Below are positions 9,274-18,955 of a stretch of DNA of 64,000 nucleotides, piece after piece (the stretch's first letter is position 1; each line of letters starts with the position of its first letter). Source of the stretch: Candidatus Latescibacterota bacterium (lineage in GTDB: Bacteria > Latescibacterota > UBA2968 > UBA8231). The notes beneath the pieces were generated by a model that worked only from the letters and a program-made list of their open reading frames with translations, was not told where the DNA came from and ran no database searches. The position numbers were made by a program, and so were the translations under genes. The stretch is taken from assembly GCA_965243025.1 (NCBI GenBank), contig CBDETY010000003.1, positions 6,208,001 through 6,272,000 on the forward strand, in the 5' to 3' direction.

Positions 9274-10701
9274 ATGTCGAGAGGTAGAAAGACGTTGTCG
9301 GCAGGCGTCGGCCTTTTCGGGCTGGCTGTCGTCCTTGTTTGGGCAAACTTCGCAACGGCTCAGACTGTGTCGGATCCGGTTGCCGGGGTCGACAACATCC
9401 CGCCGGATGCACCGGAAAACCTGATGGCGGAAGCCGACTTCGCCGGGCCAAGCGTGATTTTGACATGGGATTCGTCCCCTTCGGATGGGTATCGGTCAGT
9501 GCCGGCCGGCTCCGATTTTACTTCAGCCGGTGCGTCCATTCGTGTCAACGATGTCCTGAGCTACAATGTCAGACGCAGTGAACTCGGTGGTGAGCCCGAA
9601 TTGATCGCCGAAGTATCGGTGGCAGCCGGGTACGATTCCTACTCATACACCGATGAAACAGTGGAAAGCGGAATCACCTACGACTACTCCGTCACCGCTG
9701 TCGATGGCGGCGGCAACGAAAGCGAAGCAGCGGATTCAGGCCCGGTGGCAGTCGGGCCACCGCCTGTCGCCACCATATCTCCTGAAGGAGAGATCGACTT
9801 CGGGGAGGTTGGCCCGGACTCGGAAACCTCTGATTCAGTCACAATTACCAATGTGGCCACTGAGGAGGGTTCCCTGCTGGGTGTCAATGTTTCGGTCGAG
9901 GGTGACGGGTTCGCAACAGACCTGGCCGGCAATGAGCCGGTCATTCTCGCGAATGATGAATCGGTCACGTTCGCGGTAAGTTTTCTCGCTTCCGAGGTCG
10001 GCAACTACAATCTGGACTACAAGGGGACCCTGACCATCAGGACGAACGATCCAGACAAGCGCGAGACGGTCATTGCGTTGAGCGCGACTATCGTCGGAGG
10101 TATGGATCCGCCTAAAATGGTTTTGAGCCGTACGGGGATCAATTTCTGGAACGTTGTCGTCGACTCGAGCAAGAGAAAACTCCTGACGATCGCTAACGAC
10201 GGATCAGTGAAACTCGAAGCCAGCATTGCCTTGGAGGGAGACGGCCCTTTCTATATCAATCATGTCGCCGAAGAAGAAGCATCACCCCTTCGCCAGTTTG
10301 GAATAGATTTGGAGCCTGGGGATGACGAGACCTACTGGGTTGAGTTTACTCCCGCAGAAACGGGCGACTTCCGTGGTGCCATCGCGGTTACCAGCAACGA
10401 TCCCCTGAAGGCAGAGCTCGAGCTGGATCTCCTGGGAAGTGGAGTTACCGAGCTTGTATGTGGCCGTGTCGAGTCAGCGGTCGATCCGGAAACGGGAGAG
10501 GAAAGCAGCGTGGTGGGTTTCATGGACGACGACAATGACATCGACTACGACGATTTCTTCCTTTTCGCTGACGTTTACGGTTCCACCGATGATGATGATG
10601 ACTACAATCCCAGGGCTGACATGGTGGATTGCCACAATACGGTCAATCTCGATGATTTCATGAAGTTTGCCGACTCCTTTGGATATGGCGTCAGTAACTG
10701 A
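9274..10701 (+). CDS. Secreted acidic protein: Fn3-like domain, two choice-of-anchor-D/ASH Ig-like domains, C-terminal EF-hand/dockerin-like pair
   Basis: Signal peptide ending ATA-Q; YTDETVESGITYDYSVTAVDGGGNES (Fn3); IDFGEV...IRTNDPD and INFW...VTSNDP; tandem IDYDDFFLFADVYG / VNLDDFMKFADSFG. Confidence 0.75.
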   Translation: MSRGRKTLSAGVGLFGLAVVLVWANFATAQTVSDPVAGVDNIPPDAPENLMAEADFAGPSVILTWDSSPSDGYRSVPAGSDFTSAGASIRVNDVLSYNVRRSELGGEPELIAEVSVAAGYDSYSYTDETVESGITYDYSVTAVDGGGNESEAADSGPVAVGPPPVATISPEGEIDFGEVGPDSETSDSVTITNVATEEGSLLGVNVSVEGDGFATDLAGNEPVILANDESVTFAVSFLASEVGNYNLDYKGTLTIRTNDPDKRETVIALSATIVGGMDPPKMVLSRTGINFWNVVVDSSKRKLLTIANDGSVKLEASIALEGDGPFYINHVAEEEASPLRQFGIDLEPGDDETYWVEFTPAETGDFRGAIAVTSNDPLKAELELDLLGSGVTELVCGRVESAVDPETGEESSVVGFMDDDNDIDYDDFFLFADVYGSTDDDDDYNPRADMVDCHNTVNLDDFMKFADSFGYGVSN

Positions 10702-10726
10702 GTCCTGCTGAAATCGGTTCCAAACG

Positions 10727-10761
10727 GGCGCGCCACCGACTTGCGGTGGCGCGCCTTTTTT
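10727..10761 (+). terminator. Intrinsic terminator
   Basis: GGCGCGCCACCG-acttg-CGGTGGCGCGCC-TTTTTT. Confidence 0.85.
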
Positions 10762-10863
10762 CGGTGAGCTCTGGCGCCGCCAAGCCCTTCAACCTACCGG
10801 GCCCCCCGGAAGGATCGCGAAACCCCGCCGGCACCGGGCCGGTGGAGGGGGTTTCCAAAAGGC

Positions 10864-10892
10864 TTGACAACCGCCCCATTCTACTATAGCTT
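10864..10892 (+). promoter_or_regulatory. Putative rho promoter
   Basis: TTGACA-N17-TAGCTT. Confidence 0.65.
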
Positions 10893-11228
10893 TCCGTCTA
10901 CCCTTCGCAGCTATTCAAAACCTCTCCTTTAAATTCACTTCGTTTCTAGCGGTCGGCTGTTCGTTGTTTCCGGCAGTCGCCCCGGATACCAAGACCTTCA
11001 GCAGTAATCCGATCAGCAACAGGCTTTAATTTCAATCGCATCGTTCGCCAGCAGGATGCGCGCAAGTTCGCTTCCCCATCAGGGGCAGCAAATGCAAAAC
11101 TGACTGCTGAGATACCCGCAGCCCGGTTTTCGATCCGTCCTGTGGGTGTCCCGATCGAAAATTCGACAAGCCCTCGAATAAACCCCCACTGGACGCGCTC
11201 CCCGCGTTTCGGTCGGGTGTGACACCCA

Positions 11229-12608
11229 ATGGTAACTACCCACGAAAGGTCTCCGATGCCCGCCGAGCGCACCAAGGCAGCGCCGGAACGGAAGCGTTCG
11301 CCCTCCGAACGCAACCACAACCGTTCCAGATCCGAACGCGCCAACGAGCGCAGCATAAAGCTCAACATCATCGACTTGCAGAGGATGAACATCCTCGATC
11401 AGCAGGAGTTGGCTCGCGATCTCAACGTTCCCGACTACCATTCGCTGCGCAAACAGGAGCTGATCTTCGCCATCCTCAAGGCTCAGACCGAGCGCAGCGG
11501 GCTGCTGTTTGCCCAGGGGGTGCTCGAAGTCCTCGACGAGGGTTTCGGCTTCCTGCGCTCACCCAGCTACAACTACCTGCCCGGACCCGACGATATCTAC
11601 GTCTCGCATTCGCAGATAAAGCGATTCGGTCTGCGCACCGGGGACACCATATCCGGGCAGATCAGACCTCCGAAAAACGACGAGAAGTACTTTGCACTGT
11701 TGCGCGTCGAAGCGATCAACTTCGAGGATCCCGAGGTAACCAAGAGCAAGACGATTTTCGAGAACCTCACTGCCCTGCATCCGACTGAGCGCATGGTGCT
11801 CGAACACAATCCCAAAGATCTCACCACGCGGATCCTCGACCTGCTGTCACCGATCGGCAAGGGCCAACGGGGGCTGATCGTGGCGCCCCCGTTCACCGGG
11901 AAGACGGTACTGCTTCAGAAAATCGCCAATGCCATAACCCACAATCACCCCGAAGTGATTCTGATAGTGCTGCTGATCGACGAACGCCCGGAAGAGGTCA
12001 CCGACATGCAGCGTTCGGTGAAAGGTGAGGTGGTCAGCTCTACCTTCGACGAGCCCGCCACCCGGCACGTTCAGGTTGCGGAGATGGTCATCGAGAAAGC
12101 CCGCCGGCTGATCGAGCACAAACGGGACGTCGTCATTCTGCTCGACAGCATGACGCGCCTGGCGCGGGCTTACAACACGGTAACCCCGCACAGCGGACGT
12201 ATACTGACGGGCGGCGTCGACTCGACGGCTCTGCAATGGCCGCGCCGGTTCTTCGCAGCCGCGCGCAACGTCGAGGAAGGGGGCAGCCTGACCATCGTCT
12301 CGACAACCCTCGTCGATACCGGCAGCCGTATGGACGAGGTGATCTTCGAGGAGTTCAAGGGCACCGGAAACATGCAGGTAACCCTGGATCGCAAGCTGAG
12401 CAACCGGCGCACCTATCCGGCTATCGACGTGACCGCGACCAGCACACGCAAGGAGGAGCTTCTCCTCGGCGAGCTGGAACTGAGCCGGTCGTACATCCTG
12501 CGGCGTATCCTCAACCAGATGGGTGTCGTGGAGGGAATGGAATTCCTCACCGAGAAGATGCAGGGGACCGCGTCGAACGAAGAATTCCTGAAGGCCATGA
12601 ACGAGTAG
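11229..12608 (+). CDS. rho: Transcription termination factor Rho
   Basis: [52 protein letters not shown]; the start may be 11256. Confidence 0.98.
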   Translation: MVTTHERSPMPAERTKAAPERKRSPSERNHNRSRSERANERSIKLNIIDLQRMNILDQQELARDLNVPDYHSLRKQELIFAILKAQTERSGLLFAQGVLEVLDEGFGFLRSPSYNYLPGPDDIYVSHSQIKRFGLRTGDTISGQIRPPKNDEKYFALLRVEAINFEDPEVTKSKTIFENLTALHPTERMVLEHNPKDLTTRILDLLSPIGKGQRGLIVAPPFTGKTVLLQKIANAITHNHPEVILIVLLIDERPEEVTDMQRSVKGEVVSSTFDEPATRHVQVAEMVIEKARRLIEHKRDVVILLDSMTRLARAYNTVTPHSGRILTGGVDSTALQWPRRFFAAARNVEEGGSLTIVSTTLVDTGSRMDEVIFEEFKGTGNMQVTLDRKLSNRRTYPAIDVTATSTRKEELLLGELELSRSYILRRILNQMGVVEGMEFLTEKMQGTASNEEFLKAMNE

Positions 12609-12708
12609 CTCTGTCCCGGGGCGTCGAGCCGGTTTCGCCGTTTGCGCCACTGTGGCTGGGCCGTATCTTTTCGTCCAACCCGTTGCAACGACAGAACGCG
12701 AAAGAGCC

Positions 12709-12969
12709 ATGAAAAGCGACATTCACCCCGACTACCGGTCAGTTGTCATTCAGGACGTAAGCAGCGACTTCAAGGTGCTTACAAGGTCGACGGCGGCTAC
12801 CGACCAGACGATCGAGTGGGAAGACGGCAAAACCTATCCACTGATCCGTGTCGAGATCAGCTCCGCATCCCACCCGTTCTATACCGGCAAGCGCCAGCAG
12901 ATCGCGGAACGGGGTGGCCGCATCGAACAGTTCAGGCGCCGCTACGGCGACAAGGGCGCGGGGAACTGA
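12709..12969 (+). CDS. rpmE: 50S ribosomal protein L31, type B (no Cys)
   Basis: [10 protein letters not shown]...[13 protein letters not shown]. Confidence 0.95.
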   Translation: MKSDIHPDYRSVVIQDVSSDFKVLTRSTAATDQTIEWEDGKTYPLIRVEISSASHPFYTGKRQQIAERGGRIEQFRRRYGDKGAGN

Positions 12970-12984
12970 TTTTCGTCCCATCTG

Positions 12985-13031
12985 AGGCGACAGGTTCGTC
13001 CCATGTAGAGGACGGCCCTGTCGCCTTTTTT
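12985..13031 (+). terminator. Intrinsic terminator after rpmE
   Basis: AGGCGACAGG...CCTGTCGCC-TTTTTT. Confidence 0.7.
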
Positions 13032-13060
13032 ATGTACTCCGGCGAACCTGGCCGAAACGA

Positions 13061-14125
13061 ATGAACAGGGATTTCTCAACCTCTCCAGGCCCCCGGGAAT
13101 CGGAAGACCTGCCGATAGGGGGGCAGGCCGTCATCGAAGGGGTGATGATCCGGGCGCAGGAGAGGATTGTCACCGCAGTGCGCACTCCAGACCGCGGGAT
13201 CCTGGTCCGGGAAGAGGAGCACATCCCCTGGTCCCGGCGTTTGCCGCTGTTTGGAGTACCGGTTGTTCGCGGCGCCGTGTCGTTTTTCGAGATGGCGATC
13301 ATCGGGGTGCGCACCCTCAATTTCTCTGCGGACATGGCCATGCAGGCCGAAGCGCGTCAGCAGGGCGAGCCGGAACAGGCAACCGGTTCGGGGCAAAACC
13401 GGCTGGCCCTTGCACTGACCGTAGCGATCAGCCTCGCGGCAGGGGTGGGGATCTTCTTTTTTCTGCCGCTGTTCGCAGCCGAGCTCAGCGGCGCGGCCCG
13501 GGATGCCTTTCGGTTCAACCTGCTGGCTGGTTCGGTGAGGCTGGCGCTTTTCATCCTTTACCTGTGGGGTTTGAGCCACTGGAGCGAGATACGCCGGGTT
13601 TTCGAGTATCACGGGGCCGAGCACAAGAGCATCTTCACGCAGGAGGCAGGCGACGATCTGACAGTCGCCCGTGCCCGGCAGTACGGGCGTCTGCACCCGA
13701 GGTGCGGTACCAGTTTCCTGCTGATCGTCGTCCTTGTATCGATACTTGCTTTCGCACTGGTCGATTCGGCCGTCGCCGAGGCCATCGGGCGCCGGCAATC
13801 CCTTATCGAGCGTTTCGCCACGCATCTTTGCGTGCTGCCGCTGATTTCCGGGGTGAGCTTCGAGCTGCTGAAACTGTCCGGCAGAAAACGCAATCATCCC
13901 CTGACCCGGCTGCTGATCGCCCCCGGCCTCTGGCTGCAGCGGATAACGACCCGGGAGCCGGACGACGCCCAGCTCGAGGTTGCCCTGGTAGCCCTGAGCC
14001 GCGCCCTCGGATTGCCTGCGGCCGCCGCGTACGGAATCTGTCCCCAGGACGGACCGACCCCTCCTGAAGAAGGCCGGGTGGAGGCGGCAGAACCTCCGCA
14101 ACTTTCCGACAGGGTCGGCGAATGA
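13061..14125 (+). CDS. DUF1385 family membrane protein
   Basis: IGGQAVIEGVM, FEYHGAEHK, HPRCGTSF, GLWLQRITTREP; usual position between rpmE and prfA. Confidence 0.9.
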   Translation: MNRDFSTSPGPRESEDLPIGGQAVIEGVMIRAQERIVTAVRTPDRGILVREEEHIPWSRRLPLFGVPVVRGAVSFFEMAIIGVRTLNFSADMAMQAEARQQGEPEQATGSGQNRLALALTVAISLAAGVGIFFFLPLFAAELSGAARDAFRFNLLAGSVRLALFILYLWGLSHWSEIRRVFEYHGAEHKSIFTQEAGDDLTVARARQYGRLHPRCGTSFLLIVVLVSILAFALVDSAVAEAIGRRQSLIERFATHLCVLPLISGVSFELLKLSGRKRNHPLTRLLIAPGLWLQRITTREPDDAQLEVALVALSRALGLPAAAAYGICPQDGPTPPEEGRVEAAEPPQLSDRVGE

Positions 14126-15204
14126 GCGAAACCCCCTCTCCCCTGCTCGACAAGCTCGGCGAGAAAGAGCGGCGTTTCGACGAGATCAGCGAAGAGCTCG
14201 CCGATCCCGAGGCCGCACGGAATCCCTCGAGGTACCAGCGGCTGGCGCGTGAGCTGGGTGAGCTTCGCGAGACGGTCGACTCCGCCAGAAGGTATCGCCA
14301 GTGCCTGGGGCGCCGCGCAGATGCCGTGCAGATTATCGCAGAGGGGGGCGATGACGAGCTCGTGGAGCTGGCAAATGAAGACCTGCGGGAGCTCGAGGGA
14401 GAGATAGGCCGCCTGGAAGCGGCGATTCAGCTGCTGCTGGTTCCCAGGGATCCGAATGCCGGCCGCAACGCCATCGTCGAGATCCGGGCGGGTACCGGAG
14501 GTGACGAAGCCGGCCTGTTCGCCAGCGACCTGTTCCGGATGTACCACCGTTTCGCCGAACGGAATTCCTGGAAAACCGAGCCGCTTTCCTCGAGCACCAA
14601 TCCCTCGGGGGGATTCAAGGAAATCGTCTTCATGGTCTCGGGTGCTTCCGCGTACGGAAAGCTGAAATTCGAAAGCGGAGTTCACCGGGTTCAGCGCGTT
14701 CCCAAGACCGAAGCCAGCGGCCGTATTCACACCTCGGCAGCATCGGTGGCGGTGCTTCCCGAGGCCGACGACATCGACGTCGAGATCTCCCCCGAAGAGA
14801 TCGAGGTCGACGTGTTCCGCTCCAGCGGTCCGGGCGGACAGAGTGTGAACACGACCGACTCGGCAGTGCGGATCACGCACAAACCGACCGGAATGGTGGT
14901 CAGCTGCCAGGACGAAAAGTCGCAGCTGAAGAACAAGAACAAGGCGATGAAGGTCCTGCGCGCCCGTCTCCTGGATCAACGCCGGGAGGAACAGGAGGCC
15001 GAGCTTTCGCGGGAGCGGCGGCAGCAGATCGGGTCGGGCGACCGCAGCGCCAAGATCCGTACCTACAACTTTCCCCAGGGACGCGTTACCGACCACCGCA
15101 TCGGCCTGTCGGTTTACCGGCTGGATGGCGTTCTCGACGGCGAGCTCGACGAGTTCGTCGACAAGCTCGCCGAAGCGGAACAAGGGGAGGCGCTGGCCTC
15201 ATGA
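14122..15204 (+). CDS. prfA: Peptide chain release factor 1
   Basis: GTGGDEA, PKT anticodon motif, GGQ, RTYNFPQGRVTDHR. Confidence 0.97.
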   Translation: MSETPSPLLDKLGEKERRFDEISEELADPEAARNPSRYQRLARELGELRETVDSARRYRQCLGRRADAVQIIAEGGDDELVELANEDLRELEGEIGRLEAAIQLLLVPRDPNAGRNAIVEIRAGTGGDEAGLFASDLFRMYHRFAERNSWKTEPLSSSTNPSGGFKEIVFMVSGASAYGKLKFESGVHRVQRVPKTEASGRIHTSAASVAVLPEADDIDVEISPEEIEVDVFRSSGPGGQSVNTTDSAVRITHKPTGMVVSCQDEKSQLKNKNKAMKVLRARLLDQRREEQEAELSRERRQQIGSGDRSAKIRTYNFPQGRVTDHRIGLSVYRLDGVLDGELDEFVDKLAEAEQGEALAS

Positions 15205-15320
15205 GCCCGGCGCCTTCAGGTGTCGTGTTTTCAGAAACGGACTGACGAAATCCGGCCAGCGAAGACAGGACGGACCTGTCGAAGAACGGCGAGGAAGTTG
15301 TGAGACGGGACGCCCATTAA

Positions 15321-16205
15321 ATGAACACCCCCTGGAAGCTGCTCGACCTTCTGAACGAAGCGAGCGGCTTTTTTGCGTCACGGGGGATCGAAAATCCCAG
15401 GCTGCAGGCCGAGCTGCTGCTCGCGGCGGCCGTGGGTATGAAGCGGCTCGACCTCTATCTCCAGTTCGAAAGGACCGTCGTCGAAGATGAGGTCGCCCGT
15501 TTCCGTGGCTACGTGCGCGAACGCCTGGCCGGGGTTCCCGTGCAGTACATCACCGGTACGGCGAGCTTTCGATTGCTCGAGCTGGAGGTGTCGGAGTCGG
15601 TCCTGATTCCCCGTCCGGAAACCGAAGTCCTGGTCGACTGCGCCCTGGAGTTCCTGGCAGCGAGGGAAAACCCGACTGTCCTTGATCTCGGGTGCGGCAG
15701 CGGCGCCATAGCGGTTTCCATCGCCCACGAGGAGCCTTCGGCGCGCGTGACCGCAATCGATATCGAACTCGATTCCCTGACGACGACGCGGCGCAACGCC
15801 ACGGCCTGCGGTGTCGGCGGGCGCCTCCGTATCGCCCGCAGCGACCTCCTGTCCGCATTCGCCCCCGGCGGCCACTTCCAGGCGGTCGTGTGCAACCCCC
15901 CTTACATACCCAGCGCCGAGATCGAGCAACTCGATGAGGAAGTGCGCGATTTCGAGCCGCGCCGGGCCTTGGACGGCGGCCCCGACGGGCTCGACTTCTA
16001 CCGGCGGCTCGCGGTTTCTGCAGGGTCGGTTCTGGCTCCGGACGGGGCGCTCCTGCTCGAGGTCGGGGACGGCCAGGCATCCGAGGTGTCGGGGATCCTG
16101 GAGGAGAGCGGAGATTTCACCACTGTCGGTATTCGTCCCGACCTCGCCGGCACCCCGCGCGTCGTGCTCGCCCGCCACAGCGCCGCTGTCGCCCGCTCGG
16201 CCTGA
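15321..16205 (+). CDS. prmC: Release factor glutamine methyltransferase
   Basis: LIPRPETE, DLGCGSG, NPPY, ALDGGPDGL. Confidence 0.95.
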   Translation: MNTPWKLLDLLNEASGFFASRGIENPRLQAELLLAAAVGMKRLDLYLQFERTVVEDEVARFRGYVRERLAGVPVQYITGTASFRLLELEVSESVLIPRPETEVLVDCALEFLAARENPTVLDLGCGSGAIAVSIAHEEPSARVTAIDIELDSLTTTRRNATACGVGGRLRIARSDLLSAFAPGGHFQAVVCNPPYIPSAEIEQLDEEVRDFEPRRALDGGPDGLDFYRRLAVSAGSVLAPDGALLLEVGDGQASEVSGILEESGDFTTVGIRPDLAGTPRVVLARHSAAVARSA

Positions 16206-16438
16206 CACCTTTCGGAAACACCTCCGTATCCGACGATACCCGGCGTCCGGGCCGCCCACCCTGTCCCGGAATCACCTGATCTATTCTGCAAGTTCCGTTG
16301 AAACAAGTGGTTATGGCCTGATTGACCAGCGGCGTGCCGTCCGGGCACGGCAGTTGAAGGACATCGACCGTCACGGACACCAGGAGGCGAGCGGGGGGCT
16401 CGTCAAACTCCCTTTCGGGGGGAAGTGAATGTCCCGGC

Positions 16439-16467
16439 TTGACAACTGAACAAATATTCAGTATTCT
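16439..16467 (+). promoter_or_regulatory. recA promoter with an overlapping palindromic operator (candidate LexA box)
   Basis: TTGACA-N17-TATTCT; the spacer carries ACTGAA-caaata-TTCAGT (16445-16462). Confidence 0.75.
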
Positions 16468-16564
16468 TATGTTCAGTCAGAGACAAGGGCACGTCGAGAG
16501 GCAGCCCCCATCGTCGCCGCTGGATTTCCCTTCAGCGAGACAGCCGAGAGGCGGGAGGACGGAG

Positions 16565-17809
16565 ATGGTATCGGCCAAGTTCAGCACGCAGAGAGTTTTG
16601 GACGCCAGGAAGGACGGCAAGGGACAGGACCGGCAAAAAGCGATGCAGCAGGCCCTGACCCAGGTGCAAAAGCAATTCGGGAAGGGGGCCATCATGCGCC
16701 TGGGTGAATCCCAGGTCGTCGACATCGACATCGTCCCGACGGGCTGCCTCTCGCTCGACGCCGCTCTCGGGATCGGGGGCGTCCCCCGGGGGCGCGTTAT
16801 CGAGATGTACGGTCCCGAGTCGGCCGGCAAGACGATGTGCGCTCTCAACATGATAGCCCAGGCTCAGAAGCAGGGTGGCATCGCCGCATTCATCGACGCC
16901 GAGCACGCCCTCGACGTCACCTTTGCGCGCAAGCTGGGGGTCGACGTGGAGAACCTGCTGGTCGCGCAGCCGGACTGCGGCGAAGAAGCCCTCGAGATCA
17001 CCGACACACTGGTCCGCAGCGGCGCCCTCGACGTCATCGTCGTCGATTCCGTGGCGGCGCTGGTTCCGCGGGCCGAGCTCGAAGGGGAGATGGGGGACGC
17101 CCAGATGGGGCTGCAGGCGCGGCTGATGTCGCAGGCGTTGAGAAAGCTGACCGGATCGATCCAGAAGTCGCGAACGACGGTGATCTTCATCAACCAGCTG
17201 CGCATGAAGATCGGCGTGATGTTCGGCAATCCGGAAACCACGACCGGGGGCCGCGCCCTCTGCTTCTACGCCTCGGTGCGCATGGATATCCGCAGCATCG
17301 GCAACATAAAGGACGGCGACGAGGTAATCGGGCGGCGAACCCGGGTGAAAGTGGTCAAGAACAAGGTCGCTCCTCCTTTCAGAGAGGCCGAGTTCGACAT
17401 CCTCTTCCGTGGGGATGACGTCGGTATCTCCAAAGAGGGGGACCTGCTCGATCTGGGAGTTCAGCACCGGGTCGTCGAGAAGAGCGGAACCTGGTTTTCG
17501 TACGGTGGACTGCGCCTGGGGCAGGGCAGGGAGAATGCGCGCATTTACCTGAAAGAGAACGAGCAGGTCTCCGGCCGCATCGAAGAAGAGATCCGCGCGG
17601 CGATGAATATTCCCCTGTCGCGAGCAGCCGCCGGCGAGGATGCCGATGCCGCTGCCGGCAAGACTTCCGCCTCCACGGACGGAACCGGCAGCGGCCCGGA
17701 TCCGGCGGGCCGTACTCCGGCGGTCAACGCCGGAAACGGCAAGGCGGCAGTCCAGAAGGCCGCACCGGCCAGTCAGTCAGGGGCGAAACAGAAACCGATG
17801 GCGGCGTAA
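16565..17809 (+). CDS. recA: Recombinase A
   Basis: [44 protein letters not shown]; GGAG RBS before ATG 16565. Confidence 0.97.
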   Translation: MVSAKFSTQRVLDARKDGKGQDRQKAMQQALTQVQKQFGKGAIMRLGESQVVDIDIVPTGCLSLDAALGIGGVPRGRVIEMYGPESAGKTMCALNMIAQAQKQGGIAAFIDAEHALDVTFARKLGVDVENLLVAQPDCGEEALEITDTLVRSGALDVIVVDSVAALVPRAELEGEMGDAQMGLQARLMSQALRKLTGSIQKSRTTVIFINQLRMKIGVMFGNPETTTGGRALCFYASVRMDIRSIGNIKDGDEVIGRRTRVKVVKNKVAPPFREAEFDILFRGDDVGISKEGDLLDLGVQHRVVEKSGTWFSYGGLRLGQGRENARIYLKENEQVSGRIEEEIRAAMNIPLSRAAAGEDADAAAGKTSASTDGTGSGPDPAGRTPAVNAGNGKAAVQKAAPASQSGAKQKPMAA

Positions 17810-17947
17810 CAGGAAACCGGCCGCTCAGGCGGCCGGCTACTCAGGCGATACCGCGGCAGCAAACCAGGGCCGCCAGCCCTGCCGCGGTTTTCGCCTCCCC
17901 GTTCCCCGAGTCGAAGGGCTGCTTGCAAGGAGAGCAGCCCTTCGCTT

Positions 17948-18346
17948 TTGTACGGCCAGATCCCGCTCCACCCGTACGCAGCGCCTTACCTGGAGTTGGG
18001 CATGGACCCGCGCTGGCTTGTAAAGAAAGACGAGTGGTCAGAGGAGGCCGCGAACGCTCTCCATTTCTTCGAGGAACTTCGCGTTCTTTTCGCGTCGGAA
18101 GAACTGATTCAACATTTCCCGGTCGTCCTGGAGTATTACCAGCGCAGCGATATCCGCCGGCGGACCGGCGAGTCCGGGCTGAGAACGACGCGCGCCGACT
18201 TCCACATTCGTACCATCATCTCCTATCTCGAGGAATCCGTGGAGGGAATCTTCGTCATCGAACGCCACCTGCCGCCGGACATGGTCGAGGATCGCGCCAT
18301 TCTTCTCAAGGCCCTGGAAAACGCGGCCCGCGGCCCTGGACGGTGA
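17948..18346 (+). CDS. Hypothetical protein, 132 aa
   Basis: Protein-like composition; the stop overlaps the hpt start (GTGA). Confidence 0.55.
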   Translation: MYGQIPLHPYAAPYLELGMDPRWLVKKDEWSEEAANALHFFEELRVLFASEELIQHFPVVLEYYQRSDIRRRTGESGLRTTRADFHIRTIISYLEESVEGIFVIERHLPPDMVEDRAILLKALENAARGPGR

Positions 18347-18906
18347 GTATTTCAGGCAGGCGGGAGACAGCCATCGGCGCGGACGGCATCCGCATCCTGT
18401 TCGACGCCGGCGAGGTTGAGGGTCGCGTCGGAGAGCTGGCGCGCCGGATCAGCGGCGATTTCGGGGGGGGACCGACGGTCCTGATCGGCATCCTGACCGG
18501 GGCGGCACAGTTTGTCATCGACCTGCTGAGGGCAATGCCGGCGGAGTTCGCCAGGGAGGTCGAGTACGACTTCATCAAGATCAGCAGCTACCATGGCAGG
18601 GAGTCGACGGGGTCGCCGCGGGTGGCCGCGTCGACAGCAGTGGAGTTGGAAGGAAGGCAGGTGCTGTTGGTCGACGGCATCGTCGACACCGGGGGCACCA
18701 TGCAGGCGGCAATCGCCGCGGTTCAGGCGCATTCGCCCTCCTCGATCCACACCTGCGCCCTGATCGACAAACCGGAGAGACGCCGGGTGCCGGTACGTCT
18801 CGACTACGTCGGGTACACGATCGGCGACCTGTTCGTCGTCGGCTACGGCATGGATTACTGCCAGCGCTACCGGGCTCTTCCATGCATCGGCGTGCTCGAC
18901 CCCTAG
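18343..18906 (+). CDS. hpt: Hypoxanthine phosphoribosyltransferase-like protein
   Basis: ISSYHG, LLVDGIVDTGGT, LIDKPERR, FVVGYGMDY...YRALP. Confidence 0.85.
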   Translation: MSISGRRETAIGADGIRILFDAGEVEGRVGELARRISGDFGGGPTVLIGILTGAAQFVIDLLRAMPAEFAREVEYDFIKISSYHGRESTGSPRVAASTAVELEGRQVLLVDGIVDTGGTMQAAIAAVQAHSPSSIHTCALIDKPERRRVPVRLDYVGYTIGDLFVVGYGMDYCQRYRALPCIGVLDP

Positions 18907-18955
18907 AACCCACCTCCCGCGTATATTCAAAGCAGAAAGAGAAAGGGGGCCCCAG

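Noticed and set aside
16439-16564. Extended RecA N-terminus from TTG 16439
   Set aside because: That TTG is the -35 box; an RBS precedes ATG 16565.
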